The notes: generated from the sequence alone by a model not told the origin. 62,827 nt of DNA, filler included, from Globobulimina sp. (GCA_003354225.1; 49 parts of 49 records of this genome joined end to end with filler, not necessarily neighbours in it); one strand, 5' to 3'. Counted from the whole stretch's first letter, positions 47,110 through 59,079 are shown. Numbers and translations: made by a program.

Positions 47110-48321
47110 TATTTTATTCTCCATTTGTATTTTCCTTTCTTCCACTGGTGTAGCTCCCGGCACATAATCTTGTTTGTCCCTTCTTTTGATGCAATTCTTT
47201 TTCTCATTCTAATATACTAACAATATTGTTCCCCATTTGTCTTTGAGCATCATAACTTGTGGCTGGAGTTATTTGGACTGCAATCAAATCCTTTCTGGAT
47301 CTTGTAAATGAATGGTATGGCGGAAATTGCAGTTCGTATTCGAAAGCCATACAGGCACTATATTCGAGCAGAATCACTTTTCCTTATTCGCAAAACTGAC
47401 AAAGGCCCAGAGGGTGGCACGTCCCATTNNNNNNNNNNNNNNNNNNNNNNNNNNNNNNNNNNNNNNNNNNNNTTAATTAATTAANNNNNNNNNNNNNNNN
47501 NNNNNNNNNNNNNNNNNNNNNNNNNNNNGAACGGTCTCTTGAACAACATAGAAGAATTGAATTAAATTCATGATATCCAACGATGGCAATGATTTGAATG
47601 TCTGTTTAATATATCCTGTGACCAATAATTGGCCATTTACTCCTCCTCCACTTCGAACCATTTCATTTGACCCAGACATTGGACATTTAATGCTGTTTTT
47701 CTTCCTACAATAACTTCAAAAAACTGTTTTTGTTGAGTGTTAGAAATTATTCAAATCAAATTGTAGTCCGTGTGTGCGAGGATACTGTATATATGTTCTA
47801 AAGTATAAAGAAATGTAGAAGATATATTAACAAAACACGACAATTTACAACATAAACATCAACACGACAATAACGCGATACTACCTACTAACTGAATGCA
47901 TGCAATATAGAATACCAACAATCCCAGGAAAAATCTTCTTTTTTTGCTCATATTAAGGTCTTGCATTATTAATTTCAAAGACGCTGTAAATACATCTTCA
48001 TTTAAAGGCACAGCCGTCATATTGAGAATATAGTTCACAAATTACTGGATACTAATTTTGACCATGTGACATTACAAAATAAAGAAAAATTAACTTCAAA
48101 CACTCAATAAAATGGGAATGGATCAATGGTGTTAATCTCTTTGAAGGTGAATCAAAAAAAATACAGAATCATATTAGAATAACTTCTAAAAAACTGTTTT
48201 TGTTGACGGTGTTAGAAATCAAACTGTTGTTTCACACCAGATAGCTCTTTTTCTGACGTTGAAAAATTAATTATAGAGATTATGTATAAGAAAAAAGCAA
48301 ATCAATATAGAATAAAGCAAA

Positions 48322-48712
48322 TTAATTGAGATTATACATTCGTTGTACAGCACGTGAAGCAATTACAATGCTTTTTGGGATATGCGCTTTTTTTGGTTTT
48401 AAATGAATAGTATGTGCTTTAAAATAATCATCATCATCCTTATCATCATCAACTGTGTGAGAAACAACCTCATAATTTTTCTCTGTTATCAAATAAGTCG
48501 CAAAGTCTTCCGCAGTTTCTATTTGTACCTTTCCTTTTTTTGTTACAACATATTTCACGTTATTACTGTTACTGCGAACAGCATCTAAATCATACTTCGA
48601 CCAATCAACCAAACAAATGTGTTTATTGTTAATTAAAATACTTTGTGAATTATTATGTCCCCACGGCCTTTCAACATCTTGCACAATGATTGGTAATTTA
48701 AAATAATTATAT
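48322..48712 (-). CDS. Hypothetical protein, C-terminal fragment
   Basis: Open frame of at least 120 aa; no family recognised. Confidence 0.45.
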
Positions 48713-48954
48713 NNNNNNNNNNNNNNNNNNNNNNNNNNNNNNNNNNNNNNNNNNNNTTAATTAATTAANNNNNNNNNNNNNNNNNNNNNNNNNNNNNNNN
48801 NNNNNNNNNNNNATCAACACAAATCAAATATTATTATATACAAACATAACAAATGAACACAAATCAAATATTATTATATACAAACATAACAAATCAAATC
48901 AAATAAATATATAGACCCAACACACTCAGCACACAATAAAAACCCAGGACTCAG

Positions 48955-49791
48955 TAAAGGGTTTGAAAGTGATTGAAAAAAAATCAAATACAAAGTTTCT
49001 CAACATTTATGAACTCTATTGAAAAATTGTTTTCAGTGTCTTAATTAACGCATGTTTTAGTATGTAATAGGAGCGTATTCATCTGATTTGAAGCAGTTTA
49101 TCAAGCCAATAAAATTGGCAACATTTGCTCTAATATCGTATGATAATGTGCTAATATTGAGCATAAATCGCGGAAAAAATTGTTTTTGACAAAAAAAACA
49201 CGATAGAAACTGTACAGAATCTAAAACTGTATATCTGACCCAAATATAAAGTTTATATCTCCAAGATTTTTTTTCCTTTCAAACCCTTTAGAATGCCAAT
49301 TATTCCCATAAATCAACATTAATTATGAAAATTTACAAATATGAAGAGAGCGAAAAGTGTGTTAATTTTTACCCAAAGGGCTCAATGAGTTTCGTTTCAC
49401 GAAATAAAAATTAACACACTACAGGCCTAGTTATAACTTTAAGAAATTTCTTGAAAATTCCATATTTACTAGTCAAATAACAAAGATATTTTTTACTAAT
49501 TTCACTGATTTTAACAAATTTGCCAATCTGGTAAAGGGTTTGAAAGTGATTGAAAAAAAATCAAACGCAAAGTTTCTCAACATTTATGAAAACGTTTCTG
49601 AAAATGTCCTAAAACGTTTCTGAAAATGTGTCAGAAAACGTTTCTATAATTCTCGGATTTATTTTGTCTGAAAATGTTTCTATAATTCTCGGATTTATTT
49701 TCTCTGAAAACGTTTCTATAATTCTCGGATTTATTTTGTCTGGAAACGTTTCTATAATTCTCGGATTTGAGAAACTTTGCGTTTGATTTTT
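48955..49791. repeat. Non-coding repeat complex: TIR-bounded unit, second copy of its left end, 36-bp tandem array
   Basis: TAAAGGGTTTGAAAG at 48955, inverted at 49276-49290; about 59-bp direct copy at 49532; about 3.7 copies of GAAAACGTTTCTATAATTCTCGGATTTATTTTGTCT. Confidence 0.85.
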
Positions 49792-51380
49792 CTTTTCCTA
49801 AAGGAATTTACTTAAGAATGTGTAGGAGTTATTGAAAATTTTTACGGAAAATTCTGATTTTTTTTAAAGAAAATTCCGGAAAAAAGCTGCAAGACAGAAA
49901 CAACGGGTAAAAAATTTAAAACAGAATCTTAAAAGAAACGCGACCAAAGCCCAAACTGCTAAACAACCGGCGACAAAAAAGAGAAAACAATAATCANNNN
50001 NNNNNNNNNNNNNNNNNNNNNNNNNNNNNNNNNNNNNNNNTTAATTAATTAANNNNNNNNNNNNNNNNNNNNNNNNNNNNNNNNNNNNNNNNNNNNTTAC
50101 GTTCATTTTTTGCAATAATTGCGATATCGCCATCAATTTTATATCGTCTCTGCAATTCATCCATTGTCATAACATCGTTGTCCTTCATATCACCCAAAGA
50201 ATAGAAAGTTAGTGTAATAGTACTCTGTAAGAGTCGTGTTTCAACGTAAATATTTTTCGAATTACTTGAATTAATTGACTTATTTGTATTTACTGCTTGT
50301 GATATATTCGATAATGGTTTCGTAGGCTCTTTACCATGTCGCCAATTAAAAAACATATCACCCAAAGCCCTTAAATAATACGAATTCATTAACCCGTAAC
50401 ACTATAACTATACTACACTACGTAAATACGTATAATTAATTAATTTAAGTGGTTTCTTGTGCTTTGTTGGTCTAGTCTAGTCTAGGAAGCATGCGCTGAT
50501 TCAAATTTCTCAGTTCAAGTTTTTTCAAATTAAGTATGCACATTCACCTTTGTCTACAGTTCAGTATGCACATTCATATGATGAATATGCAGTATTCTTG
50601 CACTTGATTTTAGCTCTCGAATAACAATCCTTCCAATAAAGATTTTACACAAATGTAACATTTGCATGAAGTAAAATATCCAATGCCCGCATAAATCCAA
50701 TATAATTACTTGCAATTGTCTTACATTAAAAACTTATGTTTCACTGTTCCGTTCTTATTTAATATTCCAGCAACAATTACTGACTCCGTTCAAATTTAAA
50801 CCAATTTGATTGCATCGGAAACATTTACATATTATATCATAAAATGCATTCATATTATTCATATTTGCGGCGCCAATCCCTTGTATAATAGATTTGAAAC
50901 ACGTCAGTGGAAACAATACATGCACAATCACCAAATTTCTCATGTTTTGTAGGGACATTATATTGACAATTTGCAGCGGATTACATGTCTTATAATCAGA
51001 TTACCATTAACATTTTTGAGTTTTTACTACAACTTTGAACCTTATAACGTTAACAACATCGGAACTTCATACTAGCTTTGCCTCCAAACATCCTTTAATT
51101 TGTACAAATTATTGAAATTAATTAAACATCAATTTGTATGTATCTATCTAATACTTTATATGTTTAATTGTACATATTTCACAAATCAGGCAAAATGCAA
51201 AATCAATCATATGTGAAACAAGTGACGGAATGGATTTATAATTGTGTTGAATGGATCATGGAAATATGTTGTGGTAGATTNNNNNNNNNNNNNNNNNNNN
51301 NNNNNNNNNNNNNNNNNNNNNNNNTTAATTAATTAANNNNNNNNNNNNNNNNNNNNNNNNNNNNNNNNNNNNNNNNNNNN

Positions 51381-52562
51381 TTTCTCTGGAAATGGTAAGA
51401 CGCGGACTACTTTTAATCCGGACTTATGCAATCGGTCCTTAATCAGTGTAAATTTATTTCTACCAAACTGCTTCATTAAATAATCGTTGCACCAGATGGT
51501 GGATTGAAGGTTCTTATCAAAACCACAATCTTTTTCATCCAATTCCTCCGATTTTCTGCTGTTTAATACAGTTTTAATCATTTTCCGCGATGAAGTTAAA
51601 TTATTGACATGTTTCCAATTGCCAGATAATAGAAATTTCGCATAATAATCTGACACTGGATACTGTGATATTTGATACATAGTCGAGTTTACTGTTAACC
51701 TGTCCTGTAACGGTGGATTGACAAAGGTTTTAAAGGGCGATGCGCCAATTTCGCGATGATTTATTAAAATCCGTAAATAATATAAACCAGATTCTTCAAT
51801 GGTTGTGGTCACTTCATAAGTTCCATTGTCATTATCTGAAATTAATGGTTCTTGCCAGTGTAAATCAGCAGAGCTCGTAGATGAATATGCGCCATTTCCG
51901 TTATTGCTTTGTATAATATAATGTTCGTCATTTCTGTGCTTCCCTGTTCTCGATCCACCAAAAGTATGTATTTTACCATTAATAAACACCGCACACAATT
52001 CTCTATTACCATGCGGCAATTTGCATTCACTTTCCTTCCATTGTTGGGTAGCAAAGTCAAACACAAATATATTATCAAACATGGGCGAATAATCTGAATA
52101 ATACGAGGTGCCACCACCTAATACAACAATTTGCGTACCGGTGTTAACGTAACCAAATTGACAGCGTTTCTGAGGCATAGAGGGTCCCTTACTCCACGAA
52201 TTTGCTTTAATATCATAAATAAACATATCATCCAATATATTACTGTAATTTGCACAATCTGAGCCACCAAACAAATACAACTTATCATTTGGACCACAGA
52301 CCATTCCACCGCAAATAATACCTTTCGGACATTCAGCTTTATCATTCTTCCATTGTTTGGTATCCCAGAAGCAGGTAATATGCTTTTTTTTCAATGACAT
52401 ACCTCCCACCATATGTAACGTGCCCTTTTCATCAAAACAAGATTGAAATTCCCAGCCGACACTCTATCCATAAGGACGGGCCTTTGCTTCCCAAACATTG
52501 GTTTTCGGATCGTAAATATAATAATTCTCAGATGGATAGGCTGACGGCAAAATAATTTTGTT
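51381..52562 (-). CDS. Kelch-repeat protein followed by a filamin-type Ig half-repeat; in-frame TAG at 52464-52466
   Basis: LYLFGG, IVVLGGG, IHTFGG Kelch units; DNDNGTYEV...GLYYLRILINHREIGASPF filamin motif. Confidence 0.82.
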
Positions 52563-52663
52563 ANNNNNNNNNNNNNNNNNNNNNNNNNNNNNNNNNNNNN
52601 NNNNNNNTTAATTAATTAANNNNNNNNNNNNNNNNNNNNNNNNNNNNNNNNNNNNNNNNNNNN

Positions 52664-53495
52664 CGCCGCTGATATCCAGATCAGACATACTTTGAAAGGA
52701 TGTGTAATCCAATAAGTCGCTGATCTCGTTTTGGATGTCTTTGATGCTTTTGTTGCAATTATTGCTGAGGGATAACGGTATTCGTTGCAATATTTTGTCA
52801 TTATGCTGCTTGTCGTCAATATCGACGCGCCTCCGTTTGCTTAATGGGTAGTAAAAGTTGGAGGAAAATAATAAATCTTGGTCAGCTAATTCGTGCCAAG
52901 TGCGTTTTTTTGGAATTTGTGGCTTTTGTTTGGAGAGAGGGAGTTTTGCGGCAAAGTAGTTTTTTTGATGTTGCTCAATTTTGGACAGTAAATAGGTGAA
53001 ATGTTTTCTGATTGCGGGAAGGTTGCAATTTAGAATGATAGTTTTATTATGTTTGTTGTCTGGAAATATGTCAATAAAAGAACGGTTGTCAATTGTTTTG
53101 GAGAGTGTTAGTAATTTGAAATTATTTTTTGTTTGAATGGATGCAATTTGTGATACAATTTGTTGAATGGAGAAGGTTAATTCATTGCATTTCGATGAGG
53201 TAATGATTTGATTTAAAGTGTATGAAGTGTTGGAGTGGTGGATGTGGGGTTGATTTGTGATGGATGGAATGGTTAATAATTGGCTTAAATATGGTTTGTG
53301 TTTTGGAATAGTTGCAATGAATGATTTTATTTTTTGTGCTAATGATGTTAATCGCAAAGGAAATGATAAATTATGCGGCGATTCACAAATAAACAAAACG
53401 ATGCATGTTTTTAGTAATTCAATTGGTCGTTGGTGTTTTAATGATGGTACTGGGGATAAGTTATCTCGTTTTTTGTCTTTTGTAAGACACGACAT
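52664..53495 (-). CDS. Hypothetical protein (3' partial)
   Basis: Open frame of about 275 aa from ATG at 53495; basic KKR/KRRR clusters. Confidence 0.5.
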
Positions 53496-54377
53496 GGAGA
53501 TTAGCTGAGTCACTCAAGTTTTTTCCTTGTTGAGTCACTCAAAAAAAGATTAGGTCAAAGTGATCTCAACCACCAACAACGATCCACAAATTGAATTGAC
53601 GACAATATACAAGAATCTATGGATATAGTTGCTTTCTGAAGATTCACCTTTTATCGAAAAAATCAGTTTTAACAACAAATATGCATGGACAACTGGGGTG
53701 GATTATGTTTGTTTGCAATTTTAAATAAAATTTTAAATATATTTTAAGTTTTAATTATATATACATTTATATAGCCAAGTCATGAGTGTAACCAAAGCAA
53801 TCGGAACCAAAGCAATGTTTGAATCTGTTTCTTGAGTTATAATTACNNNNNNNNNNNNNNNNNNNNNNNNNNNNNNNNNNNNNNNNNNNNTTAATTAATT
53901 AANNNNNNNNNNNNNNNNNNNNNNNNNNNNNNNNNNNNNNNNNNNNATATTTATTTAAAGTTACTAAAAACTTTTTTGTTTGATAAACTCGAAACTTGCT
54001 CGATATTGCAATATGCAAAAAACACATACATATCCAACAGAAACCAAGTGAAACAAAATAAAAATAAAAAAAATTGATTTTCGTCAAAATGGGGGAAAAT
54101 TGATTGGCAAAAAATAACCGAGTGATGTATACAGTCGATTTTAATATTGTTGACATGGTCAATTTGAAATACAAATACTATTAATAATATTAATATATTT
54201 ATAATTGTAATTTAAAAGTTAAGTTAACAAAGAAAAAAATAAACAAAAAAATGTCAATGACAAACAATACATCCAGTTGTTTACCATTTATTTTCGTTAT
54301 CTATTCGTTTGTTCATTTATGATTAACTTAAAAAAAGAAAGAGATTTAACCTAAAAATCTAAGATACAAACGATACT

Positions 54378-55127
54378 TTAATAAAATACAGTATCTCTGG
54401 TATAATGTCTCGAGCTCTTTGATGTTTTATATTTGGGCAAAGTCCTTTTCTTCCAAAAATAATGCATTAATTTTATAATATTCAGATCTTTTCTTTGTTC
54501 TAATAATAATTCAATTGCACATATTGCAGATGCACGAATTTCAACTTCTAAATCACAGGCTTTTAAGACATACGAATGTCCATTACTAATATTAACATGC
54601 TTTTCATATTCCTCTTTATATTTATCCTTAATGGTAATGATATTCTCCGTCATTAAGATCATCGGAATGACATTATCAACCATGGCAGTTAAACTGTTAA
54701 TATCTTTAAATCGAAATACGGGATTTCTATAACTCAAATTACTAAATAACTCCATAACAACCAGCTGCGCTCTTTTATATAAATACACTTTCAAATTACC
54801 GCCATCTTCAAATAACGATCGATACAGATATTGATCATTCAAAGAGGTAAAGTCATTGATCAGATTCCATAATAACGACTGAACGGTATCTGGCTCATTC
54901 TCCAAACCCACACCAAACTGCAACGCAACGATCCGTTTATCGCCAACTATATATTCATGCGGATTCCATTGATTTACACGTCGGCCAACCACCATATCCT
55001 TGATTTTATGTACGATTTCAGGAAAAGGCCGATTATAAATAATCTCGTCATTGATGGCATACAGAAAAGCTCGTCTTTTCACTAATAGCTTCAACACTGA
55101 ATTATTTTGTACGTTATGAATATCGTC
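54378..55127 (-). CDS. Queuosine salvage protein-like (DUF2419/QNG1 family), 5' partial
   Basis: YKRAQLVV.EL, FKDINSLTAMVDNVIP, EVEIRASAICAIE, C-terminal RHYTRDTVFY. Confidence 0.82.
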   Translation of the reverse strand, partial: DDIHNVQNNSVLKLLVKRRAFLYAINDEIIYNRPFPEIVHKIKDMVVGRRVNQWNPHEYIVGDKRIVALQFGVGLENEPDTVQSLLWNLINDFTSLNDQYLYRSLFEDGGNLKVYLYKRAQLVVMELFSNLSYRNPVFRFKDINSLTAMVDNVIPMILMTENIITIKDKYKEEYEKHVNISNGHSYVLKACDLEVEIRASAICAIELLLEQRKDLNIIKLMHYFWKKRTLPKYKTSKSSRHYTRDTVFY

Positions 55128-55249
55128 ATNNNNNNNNNNNNNNNNNNNNNNNNNNNNNNNNNNNNNNNNNNNNTTAATTAATTAANNNNNNNNNNNNNNN
55201 NNNNNNNNNNNNNNNNNNNNNNNNNNNNNTTGATGAGTTTGAAGATCGA

Positions 55250-56140
55250 GTGACTGATTCTGTGGCACGTGCATTATACAAAGAATTACAGAAAGAATTG
55301 GAAGATTATAAACAGAAATTAAATGATATGCTGACGGAACGGGATGAATTAACGAGTCAAGTCACAAAGTTTCAAACATTAAACACAGATTTTAAGCAAA
55401 TTGTTGATAAATTAACGAGTGAGAATGAGAATTTTAGCGATGAAATGAATGAGCTGCAAACACATAATACGTTTTGGAAGAATAAAGTGAAATCGATGAG
55501 GGAAGAGATTAAGAAATTGCATTCGCAGCCTGTGTTTCAACAACAACTGCAATTACTACAACTGCACAATAATAATAATAATAATCGGACTCCTTCGCCT
55601 CGAGATTCAATCAATGGCGATCTACACAGCGCCACTCACAAACGACACTACGCCAAATCTGATAATGATATAAATGGAAGTGATATCGATATGGAAACGC
55701 GGTCGAAATTGGAGAGAAAAATGAAAAGTGTGGAAAAGGAAAAGAATGAAGCTTTTTTGGTGGTTTCTCAGCTAAAAAAAGCACTGAATAATGAACTACA
55801 GAAAGCAAATAAAATAAATATCCAAAATAAAATGCTGTACTCGCACACCCACGAAGAGGTTAAGACGTTGGTGCATAAGAATACAGCTTTGAAGAGGTTA
55901 GCAAATGAATTGGCGGACGCCGTTGCCGACAAGGAACTAAATATAATGCATTTGAAAAAAGTAATGAAATTGTTAGGGGGCAGAGTCACTGAGTTAGAGA
56001 AAACAAATAAAGGATTGAAACAAGAAATAAATTCTGTTGATCATGAAATTAATGTGTTGGAAAAAACACATTGCATATTCGAAAAAACTCCCACCATTAT
56101 TATTGCCAGTGTTAAACAGCCACAATCATCCAATAATTGA
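55250..56140 (+). CDS. Coiled-coil protein (5' partial)
   Basis: Long heptad-rich frame with Q/N-rich linker. Confidence 0.65.
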   Translation: MTDSVARALYKELQKELEDYKQKLNDMLTERDELTSQVTKFQTLNTDFKQIVDKLTSENENFSDEMNELQTHNTFWKNKVKSMREEIKKLHSQPVFQQQLQLLQLHNNNNNNRTPSPRDSINGDLHSATHKRHYAKSDNDINGSDIDMETRSKLERKMKSVEKEKNEAFLVVSQLKKALNNELQKANKINIQNKMLYSHTHEEVKTLVHKNTALKRLANELADAVADKELNIMHLKKVMKLLGGRVTELEKTNKGLKQEINSVDHEINVLEKTHCIFEKTPTIIIASVKQPQSSNN

Positions 56141-56512
56141 TATATTATTAATGATGGTGGATGTTGTTTGTTTTAGATTGTTGTTATTGTGAAACAAGTA
56201 GACCGTATAAATGTACTTTTTTTCATCTATATATTGATTACATTATTTATTTTTGCTTTTTTTTTTATGGCCTGAATATGTGACAAACATCAAACAAGAT
56301 ATGTATGTTAATTTTTGTGTTGATGTATCAATTGGAATATTTACTTTTATCTTTTTTCAATTTCTTTGAATTGCTCTAATAAGTTATGGGTAATATTGCA
56401 GGGTTTTGGGTTNNNNNNNNNNNNNNNNNNNNNNNNNNNNNNNNNNNNNNNNNNNNTTAATTAATTAANNNNNNNNNNNNNNNNNNNNNNNNNNNNNNNN
56501 NNNNNNNNNNNN

Positions 56513-56783
56513 TATTTTGTGTCCATACGTTAGTCTGAGGAATGGTGGCGATGGATTGTGAGATGTGGTGGTCGGAGTGGTGTGAATGCGGCGTGGTTTC
56601 TGTCTGTGGGTGCATTGGCTGTGTATTACTGACAGTGGTGACTGGTGATACTAGTTGCTCGTTGTTATTGTTGTTGTCGTCGTCATTATGTGTGTTGTTG
56701 GTGGGGGTGTTTTTTGACCGTGTTGGTGAATGGTGGATTGGATCTGGAGGGAACGGGATTGGATCTTCAGTTATAAATTGCAT
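56513..56783 (-). CDS. Low-complexity N-terminal fragment, head-to-head with CCDC93
   Basis: ATG-initiated P/T/N/H-rich frame starting about 105 bp from the CCDC93 ATG. Confidence 0.45.
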
Positions 56784-56887
56784 TTTTTGCTGTGAATGAT
56801 GTAGCTAGAGACGATTATGCTGACATGAAGAAAAAAAGATGTAAGCATAAAAAAACAGAGTTTAGGTTTACTACATAGAAAAAAACC

Positions 56888-57695
56888 ATGTCAGACTCCA
56901 AATTTTCTGATGAAGATGATCAAGCGTTCACAATGCAAAAAATCAGTGATATGTTAATCGCAGCCGGTTATTTTCGAGCGCGTGTCTCTGGTTTAAATGT
57001 ATTTGATCGCATCGTAGGTGGCATGTCATGGGGTATCACCGCATCCGGAGTGCCCGTTGAAGTGGATGTTAATTTCAAAGAAAATGCCAATATTGGTGAA
57101 AAAATGTATGTCCACTGTCCAGTGCATAGATCCCATCCTCGCACTCACAAACACAAAAAACACAGTTTAATATCGGAGCAAATCGTTGGAGCGCTCATTG
57201 AAATGAAGTGTCCATTCCGTTTAAAGCCGCATCAAATCCAAGGTTTAAAGTTAAACTGCAAGCCATTGTTCCCAATCATTCAATGGTTGGTGAAGTCCGT
57301 CATCGATTACCGGCGAATCACTGGCGACATTGTCCGAAATTATAGCAATTTCTTATTCGATTCGTCCACCATCGATTATGACGACAATTATTTGGACCAA
57401 CAAAGCAAAGACAAAGGGCGAGATTATTTAATTAATAATGTCTCCTCCAATTATCAGTTGACGCGGCAATATGCGAAGCAGTCCGATATGCGGTTTAATA
57501 CAAAGGAAAGCTATGTGGACGCCACCTTATTAGAGTACGGCTTCAATTTCAGAGCGCATATCGCATTCGGCACTGATGACGTTGGCGAAGCAAAGGGCGG
57601 CGCGGATGAGGCGTATCCCGATCGCGAGGAAGGCAAAACCGGCAAAAATAAGCTCTCGGCAAAGTATGGTGATATAATGACTAAAATTGGTGGCG
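56888..57695 (+). CDS. CCDC93: CCDC93 (CCC/Commander complex), N-terminal part; stop-free 60-nt intron 57106-57165
   Basis: LIAAGYFRARVSGL..FDRIVGGMSW, ENANIGEK/ILISEQIV..L..MKCPFRLKPHQIQGL, FPIIQWLVK. Confidence 0.93.
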
Positions 57696-57795
57696 NNNNN
57701 NNNNNNNNNNNNNNNNNNNNNNNNNNNNNNNNNNNNNNNTTAATTAATTAANNNNNNNNNNNNNNNNNNNNNNNNNNNNNNNNNNNNNNNNNNNN

Positions 57796-58884
57796 ATAAT
57801 ACTCACTTTTTGTAATTTGTTTAATTTTATTAATAATATGTATGCCATCTCTCTCCCCTTTTAAATGCCCAATATTTATCTTTATAAAATATATCAATTT
57901 CGACTGTTGTTGATGACTCGAATCAATTAATAACTTTTGAATCACATAATTTGCAAATTTATCCTCAATCATCTCCACCAAAATCAATTTATTCGTCACT
58001 TTACACAATTTACTCAACAACCCATCGATATCTTTTTTATGCGCAGTCATCAAACATTTCTCCACCACATTGCTACCAAACTTATTCTTGCTCAAAAACA
58101 AAATATTGGCAAATATACTCTCCTTCACCAGTGCCAAATATTTGCCATTCTTATTAATATTCAGTATGTCCTGCACCACATAATTACCATACTCAGAGCG
58201 ACATAATTTCAACAATAACTTATCGTTATTCACAATGCCTAACAACACCGTGTCATCGCCTGTAATTTTAATTAAATTTTGCACAATTCGACAGCCAAAA
58301 ATATGCTCACTATAAAACGCAATATTTCTATGAATACATTTGCTGATAAACTCAAAATGCGTGCTCTCAATATCTAAGGTCAATATTTTCTGAATCACGT
58401 GGTTGCTATTTGGGCCAATGATGCATTTTTTGATGTTTTCATCGTTTAACTGTGCCAATTCTGCGGTCAATTTAATGCAATCAACTTTGGGGATGCAATC
58501 AAATGCTTTTTGAATCACACGACAACCGTATAAACTGTGCGTTAATTGGGCCACATTGCCAGTTAATAAGTGGTCGATCAGTAATCTAATATGCGATTTG
58601 TTGCCAGTATCAAAGAAAATTTGTATCACATAATTGCCAAAGATATCGCGGCTTATATTTAGTATCTGTTTGTGAGTGAATATAATATGATGCAGGACGA
58701 GGGAGATGAGCTTATCGTCTTTGTTTTGAGTTAGTTTGTCTTGAATGAAACGGGAACCATTTTGGTCGACTAATAATTTGCAAATTAGGTTATGTGATAA
58801 TAGGTCATTTAAGGAGATGTTTTGTTTGATGATATCTCGGATATCCATGCGATTTAATTGTGTTTTTGGATTTGCTTTTTTCAT
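57796..58884 (-). CDS. Pumilio/PUF RNA-binding protein (partial)
   Basis: Eight Puf repeats: DQNGSRFIQ, FGNYVIQ, YGCRVIQ, SNHVIQ, FGCRIVQ, YGNYVVQ, FGSNVVE, FANYVIQ. Confidence 0.95.
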
Positions 58885-59079
58885 TTTCGGCTTGTTTTTG
58901 TGTGGTGTTTTTGTGATTTTTGTGATTTTTGTTGGTTTTGGTGGATGGATGAGCGGTGGCGGGAGAATGAAGGTTTGTNNNNNNNNNNNNNNNNNNNNNN
59001 NNNNNNNNNNNNNNNNNNNNNNTTAATTAATTAANNNNNNNNNNNNNNNNNNNNNNNNNNNNNNNNNNNNNNNNNNNNG

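Noticed and set aside
49610..49770. 36-bp repeats as a CRISPR array
   Set aside because: Units are head-to-tail with no unique spacers, and there are no cas genes.
50097..51280. Possible LRR/F-box-like gene
   Set aside because: Frames are fragmented by stops and no motif is strong enough to call.
18436..52466. Stop-codon reassignment (TAA/TAG as sense)
   Set aside because: Only isolated in-frame stops occur, while TAA ends conserved genes at the expected place (ACAD SKL*, POP, ASF1). Long conserved frames have no internal TAR codons.
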